This document shows positions 37,559 through 46,094 of a stretch of 64,000 nt of DNA, piece after piece. This DNA is from an uncultured bacterium (lineage in GTDB: Bacteria > UBA8248 > JACPRG01 > G963555815), in assembly GCA_964423875.1 (NCBI GenBank), contig CAYRGS010000002.1:14062-78061 (forward strand). The letters are read 5' to 3'. The notes beneath the pieces are model-generated. The model made no database searches. It saw nothing but the letters and a program-made list of their open reading frames with translations, and was not told where the DNA came from. A program made the position numbers and the translations under genes. Position 1 is the stretch's first letter. Each line of letters starts with the position of its first letter.

Positions 37559-38287
37559 TTGTATGACCGGCACTGGACTGGGGATTTTGCGCGTGCGATT
37601 TTCGAGCGGTCTTCGGCGCTGCTCAAGGGCGAAGGCATCAAGCCCGGGGCGATGATCGACCTGGCGTGCGGGACGGGCCGGCTGGCCATCCTCTTCGCCG
37701 CAAAAGGCTGGACAGTCACCGGCGTGGACCTCTCCAAAGACATGCTGGCCGTCGCCGAAAAGAACTCCCGCAAGGCGAAGGGGGGACGGAAAATCACATA
37801 TGTCCGCGGGGACATGCGGAAGTGGTCGAAGGAAAACGCGGCGGATCTGGTCACATGCGTCTACGACAGCCTCAATCACCTCCCCACCAAGTCCGACCTC
37901 CAGAAGGTCTTCCGCAACGTCTACAAGACGCTGAAGCCGGGGGGAATCTTCCTGTTCGATCTCAACGACCAGGAGTTTTACGAAACCTACTGGAACGGCC
38001 GCGCGGATTTTGCCGAAGGGAAGGACGATTCCCTCGTTGTCCGGTTGTCCTATTCGGCCAAACAATCGACCGGGCGGGTGGAATCCACGGCGTTTTTACG
38101 AAAAGGAAAGGTCTACGAACGGGTCCAGGAGGTGGTCATGGAGCGGATGTTCACGCCGAGCGACGTGGCCCGGATGCTGGGGACAACCCGGTTCGTGGAC
38201 ATCAACGCCGGGCGGTTCAACCCGATCCCCCTCCCCTACCAAGGAACGCTCAAGACCTTCTGGTCGGCGAAAAAAGAACCCTCCTGA
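37559..38287 (+). CDS. Class I SAM-dependent methyltransferase
   Basis: Motif I is MIDLACGTGRLAILFA. Post-I is VTGVDLS. LKPGGIFLFD is also present. Confidence 0.75.
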   Translation: MYDRHWTGDFARAIFERSSALLKGEGIKPGAMIDLACGTGRLAILFAAKGWTVTGVDLSKDMLAVAEKNSRKAKGGRKITYVRGDMRKWSKENAADLVTCVYDSLNHLPTKSDLQKVFRNVYKTLKPGGIFLFDLNDQEFYETYWNGRADFAEGKDDSLVVRLSYSAKQSTGRVESTAFLRKGKVYERVQEVVMERMFTPSDVARMLGTTRFVDINAGRFNPIPLPYQGTLKTFWSAKKEPS

Positions 38288-38312
38288 TCCCTCGACGCTC
38301 CGGAATCCCGTC

Positions 38313-38885
38313 ATGCAAGTCATCGACATCTTCTGGCAAAACAAAGAAATTCAAACCCTCGCCCCCATTTGGCGGCCCGGTCTGGATGTCCTCTTCGTCG
38401 GCCTGAATCCGTCCCTCCCCAGCATGGAGGCCGGTCATTATCACCGGGGCAACCTAGGCAAGCGGTTCTGGAAACGGCTGCGCTTGGCCGGCCTCGTGGA
38501 AAACGCCGATGACGGACGGGAGGACGAGGCCCTTCTCGACAGCGGCCTCGGCATCACGGACCTTGTTCCCCGCCCTACGGCCCGGGCCGATGAGATCACC
38601 GAGGAAGAGTTCTCCCTGGGCGCACAGTTCGTCCTGTATCAGATCCAGTCGGGAAATCCGCGCGTGGTCTGTTTCATCTACAAGAAGGCGCTCGAAGCAC
38701 TGGTGGGCGGGAAGGTCCCCGGAGAGGGCGGGCTCATCGAGTCCACGGACGAAGCCTGGACCGGCCTGTTCGGCGAAAGCCGCGTCTTCCTCTTCCCCAG
38801 CCCCTACGCGAAATCCGAAATCGAGCGGGAAATCCTCGACAAGTTCAAGCGGCTCGTCGAGGAAGTCCGCGCCGACCGGGGTTGA
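38313..38885 (+). CDS. Mug/TDG-like (family 2) uracil-DNA glycosylase
   Basis: LDVLFVGLNPSLPS (GxNPx motif), RFWKRLRLAGL, GITDLVPRPT and VFLFPSPYA align with E. coli Mug blocks as I recall them. Confidence 0.7.
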   Translation: MQVIDIFWQNKEIQTLAPIWRPGLDVLFVGLNPSLPSMEAGHYHRGNLGKRFWKRLRLAGLVENADDGREDEALLDSGLGITDLVPRPTARADEITEEEFSLGAQFVLYQIQSGNPRVVCFIYKKALEALVGGKVPGEGGLIESTDEAWTGLFGESRVFLFPSPYAKSEIEREILDKFKRLVEEVRADRG

Positions 38886-39099
38886 ATCACAAACCGAAGA
38901 GAATCCCACGTGGCTCTTTTGTAAGCCAGCCCCCCGGAAAACTTTGTTGTGGCGATAGACGATCCCGGCCCGCCACACGCCTGTTGGGAATAATTTGTTG
39001 GAATGCAGGACCTGACCCCGAGTCCTCCACGAAACAAAACCGTGGGAATCGTTTATTGGGAAGGAAAGTCAGGCGATAGCGAGTGATTGTGGCGAAACG

Positions 39100-39150
39100 A
39101 AAAAACGGCGGGGTTGTTAGGGGAACACCATACTTATTTCAACCCCCGCC
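39100..39150 (-). terminator. Candidate (possibly bidirectional) intrinsic terminator
   Basis: ggcggggtt (39107-39115) pairs with aacc(c)ccgcc (39141-50) with one bulge. On the minus strand it is followed by GTTTTTTCG and on the plus strand by CCCTTTTCC. The 25-nt loop lowers confidence. Confidence 0.3.
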
Positions 39151-39323
39151 CCCTTTTCCGCGTTGTCTTATGTCGATGCGGGATACAACCCAATGCCTCT
39201 TCAAGCTTTCCAAGCATAAAGATGTGGGATCATAGCTTACATTCTAACATTTCCCGGAAGTCTCACGAACTTTGGGAAATAGGAAAACATTGTCAGCATT
39301 TTCATTCTGAGATGGAATTAAGG

Positions 39324-39467
39324 TCAAATGCAAATTTGTGCCATGACAACCCCACTCAAAGACCATGAGGGTCTCAACTCGAACGTCTCGGGATGGCCTG
39401 GGTCCCTCTGGATGGCCCACGCGGCCGCGGCGATCAAAATGCCTGTCAGGACAACAGCCCGGCGCAT
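39324..39467 (-). CDS. Small (47-aa) predicted membrane/secreted peptide
   Basis: MRRAVVLTGILIAAAAWAIQRDPGHPETFELRPSWSLSGVVMAQICI. GGAGGA lies 7 nt upstream of the ATG. The ORF sits between cutA and the candidate terminator on the same strand. Confidence 0.35.
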   Translation of the reverse strand: MRRAVVLTGILIAAAAWAIQRDPGHPETFELRPSWSLSGVVMAQICI

Positions 39468-39576
39468 GCGCGAATCCTCCGAAATCCCGATCCGGCCCCA
39501 ACACAAATTCATCAATCGACTTGCAAGACCCGGACCGGCCGCGCCGGGTGAAACCGCCCGCTCGATTCCACCCGGC

Positions 39577-39894
39577 CTACGGGCAGACCTCCCCCACCCA
39601 ATCGAGATACTCCCGCGAGCCCGCGACGATGGGCAGGACGATGACCTCCGCCACGTCGTAACTGTGGAGCGCCTTTACGCGCCCCTCCAGAGCGGCCAGA
39701 TGGGTTTCCCGCGTCTTGGCGATCAGCAGGACCTCGGCGTCCCGGCAAACCTCTCCCTTCCACCGGTAAACAGACGTGACCTTCGGAACGATGTTGACGC
39801 ACGCGGCGAGGTTCTCCATGACCAGGGCCTCCGCAATCTTCCCGGCCTCCTCTTCGCTTCCGCACGTCATCAGGACAACCCGGCACTCGGTCAT
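39577..39894 (-). CDS. cutA: Divalent-cation tolerance protein CutA
   Basis: The 105-aa product MTECRVVLMTCGSEEEAGKIAEALVMENLAACVNIVPKVTSVYRWKGEV..SYDVAEVIVLPI is a typical CutA1 sequence. Confidence 0.85.
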   Translation of the reverse strand: MTECRVVLMTCGSEEEAGKIAEALVMENLAACVNIVPKVTSVYRWKGEVCRDAEVLLIAKTRETHLAALEGRVKALHSYDVAEVIVLPIVAGSREYLDWVGEVCP

Positions 39895-39950
39895 ATCCAC
39901 TTCACACCCTCCCGGCCCCCTCCCCTTACCCCGGGAACCTCTTTGCGGGT

Positions 39951-41108
39951 TCACTTGAGCTCCCCGATGACCTCCCGGGCGATCAACAGCCTCATGATCC
40001 CCGTCGTTCCCTCGAACAGCCTGGCCCCGCGCGCGTCGACGTAGAGCCGGGCGATCCGGGAGGCCTCGAAATAGCCGATCCCGCCGTGAATTTGAAGGGC
40101 CGCGTCCGTCACTCGGCCCGCCGCCTCCGACGCCAGCAGCTTCGCCATGGCCGCTTCGGTCCCCCAGGACCGATCCCGCGCCTTCAGCCACGCGGCGCGC
40201 AGGGTCATGAGCTCGGCGGCGTCGATGGCCGTCGCCATGTCCGCCAGAGAGAACACAACGGCCTGGAGGCTAGCCAGCGGCCCGCCGAACTGTTCCCGCG
40301 TCTTCGCGTGCAGAAGCGCCAGGGCCAGGGCCGCCCGGGCGATGCCCACGCATTGGCCCGCGATCCCCAAACGCCCAATTCCGACGGCTGTCTGAATCAA
40401 GTCGAAGCCGGCGCCTTCCTCCCCCAGCCGGTCTTCGGCCCGGACAAAGCAGTCTTCGAAGCGATGAACCGTCATGTTGGCCGCGCGCAGGCCGAGGGTC
40501 CGGGGCATCAGCTCATGCCGCACGCCCTCGGCGCGCTTGTCCACCATAAAAAACGTCAGCCCGCCGCGCCGGTCCTCCGAGGTCCGGGCGCACACGAGGG
40601 CGACTCCCTCATACGCTCCGTTGGACACGAAAACCTTCTCCCCGTTCAGAACGTATCCGCCACGGGCTTTTGTGGCCGAGGTTTCGATCGCCGTCACGTT
40701 GGACCCCGCCCGGGTTTCGGTCAGGGCGATGGACCCGATTTTTCCGCCCGCGACGTGGTCGGGCAGAATCCGCTGTTTCTGCTCATCGTCGGCCGCGCTT
40801 TGAATCGTGTCGCAGAACTGGTTGTTGATGGACATCACAAACCCGAGCGCCGGGGAGGCGGCGGCGACCTCCGCCACGGCCAGGACCCAGCCCACCGAAT
40901 CGATGCCGCTCCCTCCGCACTCGGCCGGGGCGACCATCCCGAGGAACCCCTGCTGGGCCATGCGCGTGAGGAAATCCTCCGGGATGCGCTCCTCGCGATC
41001 CCAGGTCTCGGCCTCGGGCGTCACACACTCCTTCACGAATGCCTTCGCCAGGTCCCGGATGCGGGATTGCGTCTCGTCGGGCTGAAAATCCAATCGGGTC
41101 CTCTCCAC
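39951..41108 (-). CDS. Acyl-CoA dehydrogenase
   Basis: 385-aa ORF with ACAD N, middle and C-terminal blocks (..GSIALTETRAGSNV.., ..QIHGGIGYFEASRIARLYVDARGARLFEGTTGIMRLLIAREV). Confidence 0.9.
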   Translation of the reverse strand: MERTRLDFQPDETQSRIRDLAKAFVKECVTPEAETWDREERIPEDFLTRMAQQGFLGMVAPAECGGSGIDSVGWVLAVAEVAAASPALGFVMSINNQFCDTIQSAADDEQKQRILPDHVAGGKIGSIALTETRAGSNVTAIETSATKARGGYVLNGEKVFVSNGAYEGVALVCARTSEDRRGGLTFFMVDKRAEGVRHELMPRTLGLRAANMTVHRFEDCFVRAEDRLGEEGAGFDLIQTAVGIGRLGIAGQCVGIARAALALALLHAKTREQFGGPLASLQAVVFSLADMATAIDAAELMTLRAAWLKARDRSWGTEAAMAKLLASEAAGRVTDAALQIHGGIGYFEASRIARLYVDARGARLFEGTTGIMRLLIAREVIGELK

Positions 41109-41270
41109 CAGAACCGGGACGCCGTCAACATGCCAACATCATACCCCCCAGGTTACCAGATGGCGGATGTCCGCTTAAGCGTTCCGCGTGCGTATAATGG
41201 GCGACGCCCGAACCCGGGAGGGGGCCGCAACCGCCTCGAACCGAACCACCCGGCCGGAAAGAAAGGCTTC

Positions 41271-43277
41271 ATGGAAGCGACCCGCGAGGTTTTCGGCAAC
41301 ATTCCAGGCGGTGAATGGATCTACCTGATCGCCCTCGCGTCGGTGGGGGTCTTCGTCTGGGGACTCTGGCGGCGCGTCCGCCTCTGGCGCATCGGAAAGC
41401 CGGCGGACCGCCTCGACCGCTGGGGCGAGAGAGTCCGGGGCCTCATCGTCTACGCGTTCGCCCACAAGGGGTTCTTTCGCGAACGGCTTCCGGGCGTCGG
41501 ACACCTCTTCCTCTTCATCGGCTTCGTCGCGGCCCTCATCGCCACGACGATCATCGCCATCGAGAAGGACCTCGGCTATCTGGGGCTCCGAGTCGATTTC
41601 TGGAAGGGGGGCTTCTACCTCTGGTACTCCCTCATCGGCGACCTCTTGATGGCCCTGGGCGTGGCGGGCCTCATCCTCCTCGGGTTCCGGCGCTACGTCC
41701 TGCGCCCGCCCCACCTGTCGGAGAGCTGGGACGACGCCGCCGCGCTCTTCGGATTGATCGGGGTCTTCCTGACCGGCTTTCTTGTCGAAGGTCTTCGGAT
41801 CGGCGCGACCGAGCTCGGCCCACACCCCGAGTGGGCGGTCTGGTCGCCTGTCGGGTACGTTCTGGCCCGGGGGCTCTCCGCCGCGATCCCGTCCGAGGCC
41901 GGCCTCCTCGCCTGGCACCGCGTCTGGTGGTGGATTCACGTCGTCCTCTCCTTTGGCCTCATCGCCTACATGGGCTGGTCGAAGCTCAGCCACGCCGTCT
42001 TCGCCCCCCTGGGGATCCTGTTCCGGAACCTGGACGCCCGAACCGAGCCCGCGCTCTCATACATCGATTTCGAGGACGAGACGGCCGAATCCTTCGGCGT
42101 TTCGAAGCTCAAGGAATTGACTTGGAAGGACCTCCTGGACGCCGACGCCTGCACCGGGTGCGGGAAGTGCGACGCCGCGTGCCCGGCCCACCTGAGCGGA
42201 ACGCCCCTGTCGCCCAAGAACATCATCCTAGGCATCCGCCGCCACATGACCGACCACGGCCCCTCGGAGGAAGCGCCCTCCCTCGTTGAGACGCTGAACC
42301 CCGCGGCCATCTGGGCGTGCCGGACGTGCGGCGCCTGCCAGGAGGCCTGCCCCGTCCACATCGAGCACATCCCGAAGATCATCGAGGCCCGCCGCCACCA
42401 GGTCCTGATGGAATCCAAGATGCCCGAGACGGCCCAGACCTTCCTCAAGAGCATGGACGAGCGGATGCACCCCTGGAAGGGAACCCGGTTTTCGCGCACG
42501 GACTGGATGGAGGAGCTCGACGTTCCTCTGCTCTCGGAAAAGGGAAGCGCGGAGATCCTCTACTGGGTCGGCTGCACCTCCGCCCTGGTGGACCGGAACA
42601 TGAAGACCGCCCGCGCCCTGGTGAAAGTCTTGAAGGCGGCGGGGGTGGATTTCGCCGTTCTCGGGGCCGATGAGGTCTGCACCGGCGATCCCGCCCGGCG
42701 GGCCGGCAACGAGTACACCTACCAAATCCTGGCCCGGAAGAACATCGAGACGCTGGAGAAGCACGGCGTTAAAAAGGTCCTCACCCACTGCCCGCACTGC
42801 TTCAACACCTTCAAGCGGGAATACCCGCAGCTAGGCGGCAAGTACGAAGTCGTCCACCACGCCGAATTCGTCGCCGACCTCCTCCGCACGGGGAAGATTC
42901 AGTTATCGGGTCCGGATATCGGACGCATCACGTACCACGACTCGTGCTACCTGGGCCGGCACAACGGCGTCTACGACGCGCCCCGCGACGTGGTCTCCTC
43001 CCTTCCCGGGGCCGAGGTCAGAGAGATGAAGCGCAACCGCGCCAACGGCCTGTGCTGCGGCGCCGGCGGGGGCTTCGCCTGGATGGAGGACGGCGAGGCG
43101 GACGACCGGGTGAACCGCATCCGCGTCCAGGACGCCCTGGACGCCGACGTCAACACCGTCGCCGTCGCTTGCCCCTTCTGCATGCAGATGTTCGAGGACG
43201 GCATCAAGACCAAGAACGCCGACGACCGGCTCGTCGTCAAGGACCTCGTGGAGCTGGTCGCCGACGCGCTGGAATAA
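41271..43277 (+). CDS. Membrane-bound Fe-S oxidoreductase (N-terminal multi-TM domain + 2x[4Fe-4S] + two CCG domains; HdrD/GlpC-like, Etf-associated type)
   Basis: The start is MEATREVFGNIPGGEWIYL at the ATG at 41271. The part of ORF 40086..43277 upstream of this is antisense to the ACAD gene. The protein has 5-6 TM helices, then CTGCGKCDAACP and CRTCGACQEACP, then CCG-type motifs (VGCTSA.., HCPHC, HDSCYLGRHNG, CCGAGGG, CPFC). Confidence 0.85.
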   Translation: MEATREVFGNIPGGEWIYLIALASVGVFVWGLWRRVRLWRIGKPADRLDRWGERVRGLIVYAFAHKGFFRERLPGVGHLFLFIGFVAALIATTIIAIEKDLGYLGLRVDFWKGGFYLWYSLIGDLLMALGVAGLILLGFRRYVLRPPHLSESWDDAAALFGLIGVFLTGFLVEGLRIGATELGPHPEWAVWSPVGYVLARGLSAAIPSEAGLLAWHRVWWWIHVVLSFGLIAYMGWSKLSHAVFAPLGILFRNLDARTEPALSYIDFEDETAESFGVSKLKELTWKDLLDADACTGCGKCDAACPAHLSGTPLSPKNIILGIRRHMTDHGPSEEAPSLVETLNPAAIWACRTCGACQEACPVHIEHIPKIIEARRHQVLMESKMPETAQTFLKSMDERMHPWKGTRFSRTDWMEELDVPLLSEKGSAEILYWVGCTSALVDRNMKTARALVKVLKAAGVDFAVLGADEVCTGDPARRAGNEYTYQILARKNIETLEKHGVKKVLTHCPHCFNTFKREYPQLGGKYEVVHHAEFVADLLRTGKIQLSGPDIGRITYHDSCYLGRHNGVYDAPRDVVSSLPGAEVREMKRNRANGLCCGAGGGFAWMEDGEADDRVNRIRVQDALDADVNTVAVACPFCMQMFEDGIKTKNADDRLVVKDLVELVADALE

Positions 43278-43360
43278 GGATCGAGACAAATCGCTTGGGC
43301 GGCCTTCCCGCTGTTTCGGGCCGGGTGACCTTTTGCCCGTGACATCCGTCCAGTCTTTCC

Positions 43361-44242
43361 ATGAGGATACAGATGTTTTACGGACCCATCGCTCTGGCAC
43401 TCTACGCCGCGGCCATTTTCGCCTGCTCGGAGTTCACCGCGCGCGCCGCCCTGCGGACCTCCACGCCTTATATGGGGTCGCTCATGCAGGGGGTCGTCCA
43501 CCTGAGCATTTTCGGCCTTCTGGCTTTCTGGATGGCCGCCGGCCACGATCTCTTCAGCGCCGCGGGCTTGTGGTTTTTCCTCGCGGGGATGATGGACCCC
43601 GGTCTCGGTGTGATCTGCTATTTCGTGGGGTTCAACCGGGTGGGGATTGCCCGGGGGGCTACGGTCCTCGGGACCTCTCCCCTGTTCAGCGCCGCCACGG
43701 CCATGGTGATGCTGGGCGACCGTCCCAACGCCTGGGTCTGGCTGGGAACCCTGGCGATTGTCGGGGGGTGCGGCGCCCTGGCCTACGAGTCCAATGTCCG
43801 GGTCAAATCGAAATCAGGCTATATCTATCCGGTTCTCGCAGCGGTGTTCTTCGGCCTGGCGCATACGTTGCGGAAAATGGGGCTGGAATTGATCCCATCA
43901 TCCATCACGGGAATGGCGATCTCGAACGTCGGGGCCCTCGTCGCGCTCCTTCTGGTGGTTCCTTTCCTTCCCGCCGGCTCCCGTTTCAATCGGAACGCCA
44001 GGGGCCTGGGCCTCTATTTCATACACTCACTCGGCATCGCCCTCGCGCTCTACCTCCTCCTAGAAGGCCTCCGCAAGGGAACGGTAAGCATCGTCGTCCC
44101 CCTGGTGCACACCTTTCCCCTCCTCGTGATTCTGTTTTCCTGGATATTCCTGCGGGAAAAAGAACAGATTTCCGCCAAGCTTTTGACGGGCGCCTCCCTC
44201 ATCGTAGCGGGGGCGGCGGTCATCTCCGGCCTGGGACAGTAA
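43361..44242 (+). CDS. DMT-superfamily (EamA-like) transporter
   Basis: 293-aa ORF with about 10 TM segments in two repeated halves. Confidence 0.8.
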   Translation: MRIQMFYGPIALALYAAAIFACSEFTARAALRTSTPYMGSLMQGVVHLSIFGLLAFWMAAGHDLFSAAGLWFFLAGMMDPGLGVICYFVGFNRVGIARGATVLGTSPLFSAATAMVMLGDRPNAWVWLGTLAIVGGCGALAYESNVRVKSKSGYIYPVLAAVFFGLAHTLRKMGLELIPSSITGMAISNVGALVALLLVVPFLPAGSRFNRNARGLGLYFIHSLGIALALYLLLEGLRKGTVSIVVPLVHTFPLLVILFSWIFLREKEQISAKLLTGASLIVAGAAVISGLGQ

Positions 44243-44250
44243 GAACGCCG

Positions 44251-45678
44251 TCAGGGATTGGCCCCTGGATTCGGAGGCGCCGACGCGCTTGCCGGTTGCT
44301 TTCCGGGGGATTCCGGCGGATTGCCGGCGGGCGTTGGGACTTCCGCGCCGGCCGTTGCCGGGCCTCGGCCATCCACCTCCGGAGTTCGCAGCCCGCGCGC
44401 TTCCGTCTCCGGAATGGGGGACCCCGGGGTCGCGGGCGCGACGACGCCGACCTCTCCGGGCTTGGGCTTCACCTTCCCCGAGGCGATGGCCACCCTTCTC
44501 CAGTTTGAGACCATCTGGACGCGCCACTCCGCGTCCCGGGTCTTCCAATCCCCCAGGGTACCCAACCGACTTCCCGCCAATTGGCGGACCGCCGCAACGG
44601 CCTGGAGGCGAACTTCAGGGTTCGGGTGCATGAGAAATTCGAACAGGACCGGAAGGGCCGCTTCCACCTCCAGCGTGCGGAAGTACGTGATCCCCTCCAG
44701 GTGGGTCTTTTGATTCGCGGGCAGGTCCGCCGGGTTTTTCGACGTTCGTTGAACGACCTCGACCACTGCTTCGGCGGCCTGGCTCACCTTCAGGTTTTTC
44801 AAGACGGCGATAATCGCCGGGAAGTCTCGCTGATGTTTCCCGGAGGAGAGCATCCGGACAAGATAGGGCCAGGTCTCCCGGGCTTTCAGACGCTCGACCG
44901 CATCGACGGCCGCCAGCCGGACCTCGTGATCCGAATCCCCCAACGCCGCGCGCAACGCCGGCAGGGCTTTGTGGTCCTTCAGGATGGCCGCAGCCCTCAC
45001 CGCATCCGCTCGAACACCGCTGGCGTAACCGGGATCGGCGATGATTTGGCGCAGGGCGGTCCGCGCCTCTTCCGTCCCCAAAGCCAGCAGGGCCTGGACG
45101 CCGTAATCGAAGTTCGCCCGCCGCAGGTCGATAGACAGTGGGTTTAGGACACCTTTTTGCCGCATGAATTTCAGGACCCGCTCCACCGCGCGGGGGTCAT
45201 CGGACATCCGAAGGATCTGAAGGCCCTGAACCTGCTGAAGCTTCGCGCCCGAGGAGAGAAATCGCTCCGCCAATTCCCAACGGGCCTTCTTCATCTCCCT
45301 TAGGAAGCTCACGGTCAGCTCCGTGGACTTCTCAACAACGGCGGCGTTCAGGCGCTCCCCCACCTGTTCCCGAAGGGCCGCGGGGATTTGCTTTTCCCGG
45401 AGGTCATCCGCCAGGACGCCGATCCCCCGGTTCATCCAAAACCAGCCGGCTGTCCCCAACGCCGCGGCCAGGACCACAAGCGTTATCAGCGAGGTTCGGA
45501 GAACGGACTGGACAATCCCCCGGCGCAGCCTCGACTCGATGAGCTCCTTATAATCGTCCGCTGAAAACAGCGGAGAGGAGTGGACCTCCGGCCCGTCCAA
45601 CCGGCCCTGGAGGGACTCCACCGCGCTCAGCAGCCGGTCGAGCTTTCCGTCGTCCGATTTCTCTTCGCTTGGCGCCAT
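44251..45678 (-). CDS. HEAT-repeat protein with N-terminal TM anchor and Pro-rich C-terminal tail
   Basis: The TM segment is SLITLVVLAAALGTAGWFW. HEAT-like units include ALGDSDHEVRLAAVDAVERL and MHPNPEVRLQAVAAVRQL. The tail is rich in P/G/A. Confidence 0.65.
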   Translation of the reverse strand: MAPSEEKSDDGKLDRLLSAVESLQGRLDGPEVHSSPLFSADDYKELIESRLRRGIVQSVLRTSLITLVVLAAALGTAGWFWMNRGIGVLADDLREKQIPAALREQVGERLNAAVVEKSTELTVSFLREMKKARWELAERFLSSGAKLQQVQGLQILRMSDDPRAVERVLKFMRQKGVLNPLSIDLRRANFDYGVQALLALGTEEARTALRQIIADPGYASGVRADAVRAAAILKDHKALPALRAALGDSDHEVRLAAVDAVERLKARETWPYLVRMLSSGKHQRDFPAIIAVLKNLKVSQAAEAVVEVVQRTSKNPADLPANQKTHLEGITYFRTLEVEAALPVLFEFLMHPNPEVRLQAVAAVRQLAGSRLGTLGDWKTRDAEWRVQMVSNWRRVAIASGKVKPKPGEVGVVAPATPGSPIPETEARGLRTPEVDGRGPATAGAEVPTPAGNPPESPGKQPASASAPPNPGANP

Positions 45679-45751
45679 CCGGTATTCCTCCTGAGATGAA
45701 GCGTGAAACCGCGGCCTCTCCCCAGCGGACGCATCGAATGATCATTCTACC

Positions 45752-46003
45752 CCAGAGTGGATAAAAACCCCTCTCCCGTTTTCGCCCAAGCCGGCTCGCA
45801 TCCACGATCCGGCGAAGAAGCGGACACGAGCGATATTTAGAGTTCCCCAGCGCCCGGTGCAAAACTTCCAGGATAGACAGAGGGGTGTCCAAGTCGATTA
45901 AGTCCTCCGCCGGGGGTCCCAGGGGGTGGGTCATCCCGAATTTCGAAACCGTGTCGATGCCTATCGCCCCCCCCCCCCGGCTTTCTTGATCTTCCGGAGT
46001 AAC
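45752..46003 (-). pseudogene. 3-hydroxyacyl-CoA dehydrogenase C-terminal remnant
   Basis: The minus strand reads VTPED-QESRGGGAIG-IDTVSKFGMTHPLGPPAEDLIDLDTPLSILEVLHRALGNSKYRSCPLLRRIVDASRLGRKRERGFYPLW. This matches the Hbd/FadB C-terminal domain (DID.AMKLG..HPMGP..L.DLIGLD..L.I...L....D.KYRP.PLL...V.AG.LGRK.G.GFY). The N-terminal Rossmann part is absent and a C12 tract (45967-45978) lies inside. Confidence 0.5.
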
Positions 46004-46094
46004 CCTACAGCCGTACCCCCGTTGGAAACCGCCTCGACCGGAAGGCGCCCTCGGGCTGAGGGATATCGATGATTCCGCGCCCTTAGCCCCCGTA

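Noticed and set aside
39058-39075. GGGAAGGAAAGTCAGGCG, which resembles the GAGGAAAGTCCGGGC box of bacterial RNase P RNA.
   Set aside because: None of the other conserved RNase P blocks is nearby, the region is low in GC, and it is too short for the full RNA. The resemblance is probably chance.
40086-41270. N-terminal 395-aa extension of the 1063-aa ORF that contains the Fe-S oxidoreductase.
   Set aside because: The extension is antisense to the acyl-CoA dehydrogenase gene and is compositionally a shadow ORF. The protein-like sequence begins at MEATREVFG (41271).
44258-44500. Pro/Gly/Ala-rich repetitive-looking stretch, considered as a tandem repeat or a separate gene.
   Set aside because: It is the low-complexity C-terminal tail of the HEAT-repeat ORF on the minus strand. 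It has no exact nucleotide periodicity.
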